Made by a program: the position numbers and the translations under genes. Under the pieces are notes generated by a model. It saw only the letters and a program-made list of their open reading frames with translations, was not told the DNA's origin and ran no database searches. From contig CAVQXP010000002.1 of the NCBI GenBank assembly GCA_963717935.1, positions 256,001-320,000 on the forward strand: a DNA stretch of 64,000 bases, read 5' to 3'. Shown piece after piece: positions 9,512-20,088 of this stretch. Source of the DNA: Candidatus Eiseniibacteriota bacterium. GTDB lineage: Bacteria > Eisenbacteria > RBG-16-71-46. Position 1 is the stretch's first letter, and the number at the start of each line of letters is the position of its first letter.

Positions 9512-10639
9512 ATGGCCCGCTCATCGCGACCGGACGAGGCGCGCTTCATGGCGCGCGCCCTGGCCCTGGCCGAACGGGGGCGGGGTCGCACGAGCCCCAA
9601 TCCCATCGTCGGAGCGGTGGTCGTGCGCGCGGGCCGCGTGGTCGGGAGTGGCTGGCACGAGCGGGCGGGCGCCGACCACGCCGAGGTGGTGGCCCTGCGG
9701 CAGGCGGGCCCGAAGGCCCGCGGCGCCACGCTCTACTGCACGCTCGAGCCCTGCGCGCACCACGGGCGCACGCCGCCCTGCGTGGACGCCATCATCCAGG
9801 CGGGAGTGCGGCGCTGCGTCGTGGCACTGCGCGACCCGCACGACATCGTGGACGGCCGCGGCCTGCGCCGGTTGCGCCGGGCCGGGATCGAGGTCGCGGT
9901 CGGCCTGCTCGAGCGCGAGGCCCGCGAGGCGCTCAGCGGCTACTGGCGGGCCCACCGCACGGGCCTGCCGCGCGTGACCTGGAAGCTGGCGGTGACCCTG
10001 GACGGCAAGGTGGCCGACCGCGCCGGGTGCTCGAAATGGATCACCGGGCCCGCGGCCCGGCAGCTGGTCCACCGGTTGCGCGCGGGGGCGGACGCCGTGG
10101 TCATCGGCGCGGGCACGGCGCGGGCCGACGACCCGCGGCTCACCGCGCGCCTCGCGGGCGGGCGGGACGCCGTGTGCCAGCCACTGCGCGTGGTCTGCGA
10201 CACGCGCCTGCGGCTGCCGCTCACGCTGAGGCTCTTCGGGCCGGCGCTGGCGAAGGGCACGGTCGTGGCCTGCGGTCCGGCGGCGCCGGCCGCGCGCGCA
10301 CGGGCGCTGGAGCGGCGCGGGATCGCGGTCTGGCGCCTGCCGCTGGCATCGGGGCGGGTCTCGCCGCGGGCTCTGGCGAAGCGGCTCGCCCGTGGGGGCC
10401 GCCACGAGGTGCTGCTCGAGAGCGGGCCCACGCTGGGCACGGCCTGGCTCGAGGCGGGGTTGGTGGGCCGCATCGCGTTGTTCACCGCGCCGCGGGTGCT
10501 CGGGGCCGCAGGGCTCGCCTGGTGCGGGCCGCTCGGGAGCGGCCTGCTGGCGCGTGCCCTGCCGGGGCGGATCAGCGCCTGCGGCGGCGCGGGCGGGGAC
10601 TTGTTCGTGATGGTCGAGCTGGAAGGAAGGGGACGCTGA
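9512..10639 (+). CDS. ribD: Bifunctional pyrimidine deaminase/reductase RibD
   Basis: TSPNPIVGAV, HAE, TLEPCAHHGRTPPC, SKWITG, DDPRLTAR; GGAGG RBS before ATG 9512. Confidence 0.95.
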   Translation: MARSSRPDEARFMARALALAERGRGRTSPNPIVGAVVVRAGRVVGSGWHERAGADHAEVVALRQAGPKARGATLYCTLEPCAHHGRTPPCVDAIIQAGVRRCVVALRDPHDIVDGRGLRRLRRAGIEVAVGLLEREAREALSGYWRAHRTGLPRVTWKLAVTLDGKVADRAGCSKWITGPAARQLVHRLRAGADAVVIGAGTARADDPRLTARLAGGRDAVCQPLRVVCDTRLRLPLTLRLFGPALAKGTVVACGPAAPAARARALERRGIAVWRLPLASGRVSPRALAKRLARGGRHEVLLESGPTLGTAWLEAGLVGRIALFTAPRVLGAAGLAWCGPLGSGLLARALPGRISACGGAGGDLFVMVELEGRGR

Positions 10640-11271
10640 TGTTCACCGGAATCGTCGAGGAGATGGGCCGGGTCCACCGCATCGAGGAGCGGCCGGGGCA
10701 CCCGCGCGAAGCGCGGGTCGGCCGCAGGTTCTGGTTCGCGGCGGAGAAGGTGCTCGCGGACGCGGAGGTCGGCAGCAGCATCGCCGTGAGCGGCGTCTGC
10801 CTGACGGTGGTCGCGCTGGAGCCGGGCCGCTTCAGCGTGGACGCCGTGCCCGAGACGCTGAGCCGGACGATCCTCGGGGGCCTGCGCGTGGGAGATGCCG
10901 TGAACCTGGAGCGGCCGCTCACGCTCGAGCAGCGTCTGGGCGGGCATCTGGTGCAGGGCCACGTGGACGGCGTCGGGGAGGTGCTGGCGGTGCTGCCCGA
11001 GGGTGACGGCGTGCGCGTGACCATCGCCATCCCGCCGCCGCTGCGGCGCTACGTGGCCGAGAAGGGCTCGCTCGCCGTGGACGGCGTGAGCCTCACGATC
11101 GCGCGCGCGGAAGACGACCGCTGCGACGTGGCGCTCATCCCGCATACGCTCAAGGTCACGACCTCGGGCGGTTACGCGAGCGGCACGCGTGTGAACCTCG
11201 AGGTGGATCTGCTGGCGCGTTATCTCGCGCGGCTGCTCGACGAGTCCGGGACCGGGGGAGGTGCGTCATGA
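10639..11271 (+). CDS. ribE: Riboflavin synthase (alpha chain)
   Basis: [53 protein letters not shown]. Confidence 0.95.
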   Translation: MFTGIVEEMGRVHRIEERPGHPREARVGRRFWFAAEKVLADAEVGSSIAVSGVCLTVVALEPGRFSVDAVPETLSRTILGGLRVGDAVNLERPLTLEQRLGGHLVQGHVDGVGEVLAVLPEGDGVRVTIAIPPPLRRYVAEKGSLAVDGVSLTIARAEDDRCDVALIPHTLKVTTSGGYASGTRVNLEVDLLARYLARLLDESGTGGGAS

Positions 11272-12617
11272 AGCGCGCGACGAGCGGGCGCAAGCCGGCG
11301 AAGCGCCCTGTGCGGAAGCCCGCGCGCGCCGCGGTGAAGCGGACGTCGCCATGCAAGCCGGCGCCCGCGTCGAGCCCCGCCCCGGCCGTGGGCGTGAGCG
11401 CGGAGGTCCGCCTCACGGTCGAGCAGGCCGTGGCCCGCATCAAGGCGGGCCGGATGATCATCGTGGTGGATGACGCCCACCGCGAGAACGAGGGCGACAT
11501 CATCTTCGCCGCCGAGAAGGCGACGCCGGAGATGGTCAATTTCGCGCTCAAGCACGGCCGCGGCATCCTCTGCGCGCCGATGGATCCGGAAGAGGCGGAG
11601 CGCGCCGGTCTCGAACTCATGGTGGAGCACAACACCGCCAAGTTCGGCACGCCCTTCACCGAGTCGGTGGACGCGCGGCGCGGCACCACGACCGGCACCT
11701 CGGCCTTCGACCGCGCGCGCACGCTGCGCGTGCTGGCGGACCGGCGCTCGGGCTCCGAGGACCTGATGCGCCCCGGGCACGTCTTCCCGCTGCGCGCGGT
11801 GCCGGGCGGGGTGCTGCGCCGTGCCGGGCACACCGAGGCGGTCACCGACCTCTGCCGGCTCGCCGGGCTGCGGGCCGTCGGCGCGCTGTGCGAGATCCTC
11901 ACCGACGACGGTCACATGATGCGGCTGGCGGGGCTCCAGCGCTACGCCCTCCGGCACGGTCTCGGGATCCTCACGATCCAGCAGTTGATCGAGCACCGGC
12001 GCCGCAAGGAGAAGCTGGTGCGGCGCGTGGTCTCGGTGCCGCTGCCGACGCCCGAGGGTGACTTCATGCTCCACCTCTTCGAGAGCACGCTCGAGGGCGA
12101 CCACCACGTGGCGCTGGTCAAGGGCCGCATCTCGAAGAGCCGGCCGGTGCTGGTGCGCGTGCACTCGCAGTGCCTCACAGGCGACGTCTTCGGCTCCCAG
12201 CGCTGCGACTGCGGCTCGCAGATGCACGCGGCGTTGAAGGCCATCACGAAGAGGGGCTCGGGGGTGTTCCTCTACCTGCGGCAGGAGGGGCGCGGCATCG
12301 GGCTGGCGAACAAGCTGCGCGCCTACGCGTTGCAGGACCAGGGGCTCGACACGGTCGAGGCCAACGTGAAGCTGGGCTTCGCGGCCGACCTGCGCGACTA
12401 CGGCATCGGCGCGCAGATCCTGGCCGACCTGGGCGTCTGCGAGATCGAGTTGCTCACGAACAACCCGCGCAAGGTGGTGGGCCTCGAGGCCTACGGCCTG
12501 CGCATCGTCGAGCGCGTGCCGATCCGGATCCGGCCGACACGGCACAACCGGCGCTACCTCACGACCAAGCGCGACAAGCTCGGGCACCTGCTGGGGCTGC
12601 ACCTGGGGGAGACGTGA
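11268..12617 (+). CDS. ribBA: Bifunctional DHBP synthase / GTP cyclohydrolase II
   Basis: [57 protein letters not shown]. Confidence 0.96.
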   Translation: MKRATSGRKPAKRPVRKPARAAVKRTSPCKPAPASSPAPAVGVSAEVRLTVEQAVARIKAGRMIIVVDDAHRENEGDIIFAAEKATPEMVNFALKHGRGILCAPMDPEEAERAGLELMVEHNTAKFGTPFTESVDARRGTTTGTSAFDRARTLRVLADRRSGSEDLMRPGHVFPLRAVPGGVLRRAGHTEAVTDLCRLAGLRAVGALCEILTDDGHMMRLAGLQRYALRHGLGILTIQQLIEHRRRKEKLVRRVVSVPLPTPEGDFMLHLFESTLEGDHHVALVKGRISKSRPVLVRVHSQCLTGDVFGSQRCDCGSQMHAALKAITKRGSGVFLYLRQEGRGIGLANKLRAYALQDQGLDTVEANVKLGFAADLRDYGIGAQILADLGVCEIELLTNNPRKVVGLEAYGLRIVERVPIRIRPTRHNRRYLTTKRDKLGHLLGLHLGET

Positions 12618-13105
12618 GCCCGCGCGAGCCCCGTCCCGAACCCGATGTCGCCGGACTGCGCTTCGGCGTGGTGGCGGCGCGTTTCAACGAGAAGCACGTG
12701 CAGCGCCTGCTGGACGGCGCGCTCGAGACGCTGCGCCGGCAGGGCGTGGCGGAGGACGCGATGGAGGTCCTGTGGGTGCCGGGCTCGCTCGAACTGCCGC
12801 TCGCGGCGAAGTGGCTGGCGTCCCGGCGGCCGGCCGACGGGCGGGGGCCGGGATGCCACGCGATCCTCGCCTTCGGCGTCATCATCCAGGGCGAGACCGA
12901 GCACTTCCGCCTGGTGGCGGACCAGTGCGCGCGCGGACTGCTCGACGTCTCGCTCGAGACCGGGGTGCCGGTGCTGAACGGCGTGCTCGCCTGCTACGAC
13001 GCGGGGCAGGTCGAGGCGCGCCTGGGTGGGGCGATGGGGCACACGGGGGTCACGACCGCGCTGGCCGCCGTCCGGATGGCGCGCCTGCGTCTGGAGCAGC
13101 CGTGA
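12614..13105 (+). CDS. ribH: 6,7-dimethyl-8-ribityllumazine synthase
   Basis: [38 protein letters not shown] overlaps the ribBA stop. Confidence 0.92.
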   Translation: MSPREPRPEPDVAGLRFGVVAARFNEKHVQRLLDGALETLRRQGVAEDAMEVLWVPGSLELPLAAKWLASRRPADGRGPGCHAILAFGVIIQGETEHFRLVADQCARGLLDVSLETGVPVLNGVLACYDAGQVEARLGGAMGHTGVTTALAAVRMARLRLEQP

Positions 13106-13551
13106 GCGAGCGGGAGGGAAAGCCGCGTGGTGGCACGACCGCGCGCCGGCGGGCCCGCGAACTGGCGTTCCGGGTCGTCTACCAGGGCGCCCTCACGGGC
13201 GATGGCTACGCGGCCACCTGGGCGGCGGTCGGCGCGGACGCGTCGCTCAGCGACGACCAGCGCGAGCTGGTGGATGACGTGGTGAGGCTGCTCGAGGCCC
13301 GCGTGGCCGAAGTGGACACCGCGCTGGTCGCGGCATGCGCGCACTGGCCGCTCGAGCGGCTGGCCGCCACGGACCGCTCGGTCCTGCGCGCCGCGGTGGC
13401 GGAGTTGATGGCGCGCCCGGGCACGCCCGCGCGGGTGGTCTTGGACGAGGCCATCGAGCTGGCCCGGCGCTACGGCTCGGCGGAGTCGGGCGGTTTCGTC
13501 AACGGGGTGCTGGACCAGGTGGTGCGGCGCCTGCGCCCGGAAGAGCTGTGA
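13102..13551 (+). CDS. nusB: Transcription antitermination factor NusB
   Basis: RRRARELAFRVVYQ, WPLERL..DRSVLR, VVLDEAIELARRYG..SGGFVNGVLD. Confidence 0.93.
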   Translation: MSEREGKPRGGTTARRRARELAFRVVYQGALTGDGYAATWAAVGADASLSDDQRELVDDVVRLLEARVAEVDTALVAACAHWPLERLAATDRSVLRAAVAELMARPGTPARVVLDEAIELARRYGSAESGGFVNGVLDQVVRRLRPEEL

Positions 13552-14282
13552 TGCTGCGCGCCGTCCTCTCGGACATCCACAGCAACCTCGAGGCGCTCGA
13601 GGCCGTGCTCGCCGGCGTGGAGCGGGCCGGCGCGAGCGAGATCCTCTGCCTCGGCGACTTCGTGGGCTACGGAGCCTCGCCCAACGAGTGCATCGAACGC
13701 CTGCGCCCGATCGTCACCGCGGCGGTGGCGGGGAACCACGACGTGGCGGTGTGCGGCCGGGCCCGGATCGGGAGCTTCGGCTCGAATGCGGCGCTGGCCG
13801 CGCGCTGGACCGCGACGGCCCTCACGCCGCGGAGCCTGGCGTACCTGGAGTCGCTGCCCATCACGGTGCGCCATGCGGGCGCGCTGCTGGTGCACTCCTC
13901 GCCGTCGGAGCCGCAGACGTGGCGCTACGTGCAGGAGGTCGAGGAGGCGCGCGCCGAGTTCGACGCCTTCATGGAATCCCTGTGCCTGATTGGGCACCTG
14001 CACAGGCCGGGCACCTACCGGCTCGACGGCCGCACGAACCAGGTCGGCTACAGCCGCGAGCCGGAGGTCCCGCTCGATCCGCTGGGGCGCTTCCTGGTGA
14101 GCGTGCCGAGCGTGGGCCAGCCGCGCGACGGCGACGCGCGCGCGGGCTATCTGCTGTGGGACGACGGGCGCGGCTGGGTGCGGCAGGTGCGCGTGGACTA
14201 CGATGTGGCGGCGGCGCGGCAGCGCATCCTGGACGCGGGGCTGCCGCCCTTCCTGGGCGACCGGCTGCAGTGGGGGGAGTGA
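13551..14282 (+). CDS. Calcineurin-like metallophosphoesterase
   Basis: SDIHSNLEAL, CLGDFVGYG, GNHD, GHLH, SVGQPRDGD. Confidence 0.9.
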   Translation: MLRAVLSDIHSNLEALEAVLAGVERAGASEILCLGDFVGYGASPNECIERLRPIVTAAVAGNHDVAVCGRARIGSFGSNAALAARWTATALTPRSLAYLESLPITVRHAGALLVHSSPSEPQTWRYVQEVEEARAEFDAFMESLCLIGHLHRPGTYRLDGRTNQVGYSREPEVPLDPLGRFLVSVPSVGQPRDGDARAGYLLWDDGRGWVRQVRVDYDVAAARQRILDAGLPPFLGDRLQWGE

Positions 14283-15073
14283 TGACGGGCGAGCAGGGCG
14301 CGCGGCGGGCCTCGACCCTCGATCACTGGGAGTCCTACTGGAGGGGACACGCCGACCTCGACCGGACCTACTCGACCGGCGGGCGGCTGGCCCGCGAGGT
14401 GTTGACGGGGGGGCCGATCGCGGGCCGGCTCGTGATGGAGGTGGGCGCCGGCTCGGGGCGCGACCTGCTGGCGCTGGCGCGCGCGGGCGCGGTGGGGGTG
14501 GTGCTCGACTACTCGCCGGCCTCGCTCGGACTGGTGCGGCGCCAGGCCCGCGAGCAGGGCGTGCCGGTGCTGCTGGTGCAGGCCGACGCGCTGCGCATGC
14601 CGTTCCGCGACGGCGCCTTCGACGTGGTCTTCCACCAGGGTCTGCTCGAGCACTTCCGCGACCCCCTGCCGCTGCTGCGCGAGAACGCGCGCATCACGGC
14701 GCGGGGCGGGCGCGTGATCGTGGACGTGCCGCAGACCTTCCACCCCTACACGCTGATGAAGCAGGTCCTCATCGCCCTGAACCGCTGGTTCGCGGGCTGG
14801 GAGACGCAGTTCACGCCCGCCGGGCTCGAGCGCCTGCTCGTGGCGAGCGGGCTCGTCGTGCGGCGCAGTTACGGCGAGTGGATGGTGCCCGGGCTCTGCT
14901 ACCGCGTGCTGCGCGAAGGGCTCAAGCGGACGCTGCGGGTCTCGCTGCCGCTCGATCCGGCCGGACCGCGTTTCTGGCGCGAGGGCTGGGAGGGCCTGCG
15001 CGCGCGGCTCGCCCGCCGGCGCTGGGCGCTCTACACCTGCCACGTCATCGGCACGGTGGCCGAGAAGCCATGA
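14282..15073 (+). CDS. Class I SAM-dependent methyltransferase
   Basis: EVGAGSG, ADALRMPFRDGAFDVVFHQGLLEHF. Confidence 0.88.
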   Translation: MTGEQGARRASTLDHWESYWRGHADLDRTYSTGGRLAREVLTGGPIAGRLVMEVGAGSGRDLLALARAGAVGVVLDYSPASLGLVRRQAREQGVPVLLVQADALRMPFRDGAFDVVFHQGLLEHFRDPLPLLRENARITARGGRVIVDVPQTFHPYTLMKQVLIALNRWFAGWETQFTPAGLERLLVASGLVVRRSYGEWMVPGLCYRVLREGLKRTLRVSLPLDPAGPRFWREGWEGLRARLARRRWALYTCHVIGTVAEKP

Positions 15074-16200
15074 GCCCGGCGCGCCGCCTGCTGGCCATCA
15101 ACTTCCGCGACCCGGGGCACCCCGAGGCGGGCGGAGCCGAGCTGCACCTCGAGGAGATCCTGCTCGAGGCGGTGCGTCGCGGCTGGCGCGTGACCTGGCT
15201 GGCCTGCGGCTTCCCGGGCGGCGCGCCCGAGTCCGAGCACCGGGGGATGCGCATCCTGCGCCGGGGCAACTGGTGGGACTTCAACCTGAGGGTGCCGGGC
15301 GTGCTGCGGCGGGAGTTCTCGGACCCCGCACCCGACCTCGTGGTCGAGGACGTCAACAAGGTCCCGTGCTTCGCGCCCTGGTGGACGCGGGCCCCGGTGG
15401 CGGTGATCGTGCCGCACCTGTTCGGCGCCACCGCCTTCGTCGAGGCCTCGATCCCGGTCGCGACCTACGTCGTGCTGCTCGAGTGGCTCATCCCGTTCGC
15501 GTACCGCCGCTCGGCCTTTCTCGCCATCTCGGAGAGCACGCGCGACGACCTGGTGCGCCGCGGGATCGCCCCGGAGCGCGTCAGCGTGGTGCACTGCGGC
15601 ATGGACCACGGGACCTACCGCTACGACCCGACCGTCACGAAGAGCGCCGAGCCCACGATCGTCTTCCTCGGGCGGCTGCGCCGCTACAAGGGCGTGGACT
15701 GGGTGATGCGCGCGATGCCGCAGGTGCGCGAGCGCGTGCCCGGCGCCCGGCTGGTCGTGGTGGGGGACGGTCCGTTCCGCGCGGAGCTGGAGCAGACCGC
15801 GCGCCGCCTGGGCGTGGGGGGGGCCGTCGAGTTCCGCGGTTTCCTGCCGCGCGCGGAGAAGGTGCGCGCTCTGCAGCAGGCGTGGGCGCTGGTGCAGCCC
15901 TCGCCCAAGGAGGGCTGGGGTCTCACGGTGGTGGAGGCGGGCGCCTGTGGGACCGCGGTGGTGGCCGCCGACAGCCCGGGCCTGCGCGACTCGGTGCGCC
16001 GCGACACGACCGGCCTGCTCGTGCCCTACGGGGATACGCCGCGCCTGGCCGCCGCACTGGCCCGGATGCTCGAGGATGGCGCGTCACGCACGCGCTTCGA
16101 GGCCGAGGGCCGTGCCTGGGCGGCGCGCTTCACCTGGGCGGACTGCGCGCGCCGCTCGCTCGACGCCCTGCTCGGGGCGCGTGGCAGGGGATGCGCATGA
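15070..16200 (+). CDS. GT4 glycosyltransferase
   Basis: HPEAGGAE, FLGRLRRYKG, PSPKEGWGLTVVEAGACGT. Confidence 0.9.
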   Translation: MSPARRLLAINFRDPGHPEAGGAELHLEEILLEAVRRGWRVTWLACGFPGGAPESEHRGMRILRRGNWWDFNLRVPGVLRREFSDPAPDLVVEDVNKVPCFAPWWTRAPVAVIVPHLFGATAFVEASIPVATYVVLLEWLIPFAYRRSAFLAISESTRDDLVRRGIAPERVSVVHCGMDHGTYRYDPTVTKSAEPTIVFLGRLRRYKGVDWVMRAMPQVRERVPGARLVVVGDGPFRAELEQTARRLGVGGAVEFRGFLPRAEKVRALQQAWALVQPSPKEGWGLTVVEAGACGTAVVAADSPGLRDSVRRDTTGLLVPYGDTPRLAAALARMLEDGASRTRFEAEGRAWAARFTWADCARRSLDALLGARGRGCA

Positions 16201-17216
16201 CGCCCGCGGGGGGCCGGCCGGGCTGGCGCGGGACGCTGCTGCTCGCCGCCAAGGTGATCTTCAGCCTCGGGCTGATGGCCTTCCTGTTCGTCCGCATCCC
16301 CATCGCCGAACTGGGCGCGACCCTGCATGGCGTGAGCCCGGGCTGGCTCGCCGCTTCGGCCGGGCTGTTGCTCGCGAGCAACGTGCTGGGGGCCTGGCAG
16401 TGGCAGCGGCTGCTGCGGGCCGTCGAGATCCGCATCCCGTTCTGGAAGGTGCTGTCCTACTACCACGTCGGGCTCTTCTTCAACAACTTCCTGCCCGCCA
16501 ATGTCGGTGGGGACTTCGCCCGCGTGCTGGACGCCGCGCGTTACGGGCCGAGCCGCACCGCGGCCTTCTCGTCCGTGCTCATGGACCGTCTCATCGGCAC
16601 GCTGGCCCTGGCCGGGCTCGCGCTCGTCACCACGCTGCCGGCGTTCCGCGATTTCCACGAGGTGGGCGGGCTGCCGATCTCCGCCGTCTATCTCGCGCTC
16701 GTCGGCTTCTTCGCGCTCAGCGTCGTCATGACCTGGGTCATCTTCCACCCCGCGTTGCTTCCTGCGGTGCAGCGCCTGCTGGTCCGCGTGGGTCTGGGCG
16801 GCTTCCAGCCGGCGCTGGACGACCTGGCCGGGCGACTGCAGGGCTTCCGCGACCAGCGCGGCCTGTTCATGCGGCTGCTGGCGGTGGCCCTGGTGGTGCA
16901 GGTCGCGCGCATCGGCGTGCACGTGCTGGTGGCCCGGGCGCTGGGGCTCGACCTCCGGACGCAGTACTTCTTCCTGTTCGTGCCGCTGCTCGCCGTCGCG
17001 GTCTCGCTGCCCGTCTCGTTGAACGGGATCGGCGTGCGGGAGGGGGCGGGCATCGTGCTGTTCGGCCTGGTGGGTGTGGGCCGCGCGGACGCTTTCACGC
17101 TACAATTCACCACCTACCTCGTGGCGGTCGCGGTGAGCCTGCTGGGAGGCCTGGTGTTCCTGGCCCGCGCGCCACGGCGCCGCGCGGCCGCTCGACAGAT
17201 CCGGAGGATCTCGTGA
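16197..17216 (+). CDS. Lysylphosphatidylglycerol-synthase-TM (UPF0104) flippase-like membrane protein
   Basis: WQRLL, GLFFNNFLPANVGGD, MDRLIG, LPVSLNGIGVREG; multiple TM segments. Confidence 0.85.
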   Translation: MTPAGGRPGWRGTLLLAAKVIFSLGLMAFLFVRIPIAELGATLHGVSPGWLAASAGLLLASNVLGAWQWQRLLRAVEIRIPFWKVLSYYHVGLFFNNFLPANVGGDFARVLDAARYGPSRTAAFSSVLMDRLIGTLALAGLALVTTLPAFRDFHEVGGLPISAVYLALVGFFALSVVMTWVIFHPALLPAVQRLLVRVGLGGFQPALDDLAGRLQGFRDQRGLFMRLLAVALVVQVARIGVHVLVARALGLDLRTQYFFLFVPLLAVAVSLPVSLNGIGVREGAGIVLFGLVGVGRADAFTLQFTTYLVAVAVSLLGGLVFLARAPRRRAAARQIRRIS

Positions 17217-19937
17217 CGGACATGACCTCTTCGATCGCCCCCGGCGTGCCCGGCACGGACCGGGGCCCGGGCCGCCTGACCTTCGTCGCCGGGCTGCTCG
17301 TCTTCCTCGCGGCCCTGGGCGTGTACCTGCGCACGCTCGCGCCGACGGTCCCGTTCTGGGACGCGGGCGAGTTCATCACCGTCTCGAAGATCCTGGGCAT
17401 CCCGCACCCGCCGGGCACGCCCTTCTACGTCATCCTCGGGCGGTTCGCGACGCTGGTGCCGATCGGCAACATCGCCCAGCGCGTGAACGGGCTCTCGGCG
17501 CTGTCCTCGGCGCTGGCGGTGCTGCTGACCTACCTGACCACGCTGCGGCTGATCCGCATCGCGCAGCGCGGAGGCGTGGCGCGGCCCCGCCCCCGTGGCG
17601 GTCCCGGACGCGCTGGCGAAGTCGCCGGGCCTGCTGGCCACGCTGGGCGCGGAGTGGCTGGCCCAGCTGGGGGCCGTCACGGCGGCCTTCATGCTCGCCT
17701 TCTCGAGCAACTTCTGGGACAACGCCGTCGCGGCCGAGACCTACTCGGAGATGGCGATGGCCCAGGTGCTGATCCTGTGGCTGGCGCTGCGCTGGTGGGA
17801 GGCGCACGAGCGGCGGCCGACGGTGGGGCCGCTGCTCGTGGCCGTCTACGTGATGTGGTTGTCGGTGGGGCTGATGCTGGGCGTGGGGATGATGGGGCTG
17901 CCGCTCCTGGTGCTGCTGCTGCTGGTGGACCGGAAGGTGTTCGTGCTGTTCGCCATGCCGATGGCCTCGGTGCTGGGCGTGACCTACGGTCTCGAGAAGA
18001 TGGCGGGCATCGTCCTGACGCTCTCGATCCTGGGCTTCTGGTACTACGTCGGGCAACGCAAGTTGCAGGCCTGGCTGGCGCTGGCGGCGACGGGCGGGGC
18101 GCTCTACGGCGCCTACTACGGCTTCGGGCCGGCCGCGTTCACGCCGCTGGCGGTGCTGGTCTCGGTGGCGACGGTGGTGGTGCCGGTGGTGGCGCTGGCG
18201 CGGAGGCACCGCGAGGGGCGCATCCTGGCGCTGGCGCTGTTCCTGATGCTGGCGGGCTACTCGACCCACCTGTACCTGCCCATCCGCGCCGCGCAACAGC
18301 CGGCCGTCAACATGGGCACTCCCTCCGACTGGCCGGCGCTGAAGCGCCTGCTCGAGCGCGAGCAGTACGGGCACAGCAGCATGTTCGTGCGGCGGGGCTC
18401 GCTGAGTTCGCAGCTGGACAAGGAGTTCTGGCGGTACTGGAAGCGGCAGTGGCCGCTGTCCAGCAACCTGAGGGTCGAGGGCGGGATCCCGGTGGAGGGC
18501 GAGCCGCGGCTCTGGCACGTGCTGCTGCCGCTGATGCTCGGCGGGTTGGGGGGCTTCTGGCAGGCGCGGCGGGAGCGGGTCACGTTCCTGACCATGCTGA
18601 CGCTGTTCCTGTTCGCGACCGTGGGGATGATCCTGTTCCTGAACTTCAGCGATCACGAGGTGCGCGACCGCGATTACTTCTTCACGACCGGCTACCTCAC
18701 GTACGCGATCTGGATGGGGCTGGGGCTGGTGGGGCTGGTGGGCTGGATCCGGGAGTCGTTCGAGCCGGGCAGGGGGCGGCGGGCGGCGACGGCGGTGGCG
18801 GCGGTGCTGCTGGCCGCGCAGCCGTTCGTGGTGATGCGCAACCTCTGGTTCAGCTCGGACAACAGCCGGAACACCGTGGCGCGGGACTACGCCTGGAACA
18901 TCCTGGCGCCGCTGGCGCCGAACTCCTTCGTATTCACGAACGGCGACAACGACACCTACCCGCTCTGGTACATCCAGCAGGTGGAGGGTTTCCGCAAGGA
19001 CGTCCGCGTGGTCTGTCTCGCCCTGCTCCAGACCGACTGGTACATCTTCCAGTTGCGCGACCGGGAGCCGAAGGTGCCGATCGATCTGTCCGACGAGGTG
19101 ATCCGGGCGATCGGGGGCGGGGCCTTCGAGGACGGCTCGGGCCGCCTCATCTACACGAACGACTTCATGGTGGGGCACATCATCGAGCAGTCGCGGCGCG
19201 ACGGGGGCTGGATCAAGCAGCCGTACTTCGCGGTGACGGCGCCGGATCACCGGGGCTACGACCCCTACCTCTCGCTCGAGGGGCTGGTCTACCGGGTGAA
19301 CCCGGACACGCTGCAGGGTGAGATCGACGTGCCGGCGACCGAGCGCAACCTGTACCACCGGTTCCGCTACGGCGGGTTGTTCAACCCCGACGGCTCGATG
19401 GATTGCACGGTCTACAAGGACGAGAGTGCCGTGACGCTTTCGCGCAACTACGCGGCGGCGCATCTGCAACTCGCCTACCACTACCACCAGCGCCGCGAAC
19501 TCGGTCGCGCCATCATGGAGATGGAGCGGGTGCAGCGCATGTTCCCGGACTACGTCGACGTGCTGATCCCGCTGGGGGGCTTCTACATGGAGGAGCGCGA
19601 CACGGCGAAGGCGCTCGAACTCTTCCGTTCGCTGGCGCGGCGGCAACCCGGCAACCCCGAGGTGCACTACTACTACGGCATCACGCTGGCCTTCCAGCGC
19701 GACGCGGCGGGGGCGTTGCGCGAGTTCGACACGGCGATCCAGCTGGACCCGGCCTACGCGCGGCCGTACTACGGCGCCTACTACACGCTGGGTCAGGCGG
19801 GGCAGGTCGAGCGGGCGCTGGGCTACCTGCAGCGGCTGGTGGAGGTGAACCCGGCGGAGCAGCAGGCGCAGGGCATCCTGCAGATGATGCGGCCCCAGGG
19901 CTCGCCGACGCTGGTCCCGCCGCTCGGCCAACCCTGA
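17213..19937 (+). CDS. DUF2723/TMEM260-like GT-C transferase with C-terminal TPR, copy 1 (apparent +1 frameshift at 17582)
   Basis: GGAGG then GTG at 17213; PTVPFWDAGEFI, HPPGTP, REQYG, VRDRDYFF, FTNGDNDTYPLWYIQQVEGFRKDVRVV, TPR tail. One extra C at 17582 relative to copy 2. Confidence 0.88.
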
Positions 19938-19956
19938 GGCGATCGGGAAGCGGCAG

Positions 19957-19992
19957 GGTCCCCGGGGCCCGGCACCACGCTCCCCGGGGACC
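19957..19992 (+). repeat. Intergenic inverted repeat (11-bp stem) between the DUF2723 copies
   Basis: ggtccccgggg (19957-19967) pairs with ccccggggacc (19982-19992). Confidence 0.6.
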
Positions 19993-20088
19993 ACGCTTTC
20001 GTGCCGCCGCCCGCGGTGGTAGGCTCGCTGCCCAACTCGTTGAACAGCACCGAGGTGAGCGCAGAGGCCGGTGGCCACGGAGGCATTC

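Noticed and set aside
15947..19321. 1124-aa ORF as a real giant protein
   Set aside because: Only 17213-17581 is the true frame (DUF2723 N-terminus); the rest is off-frame read-through.
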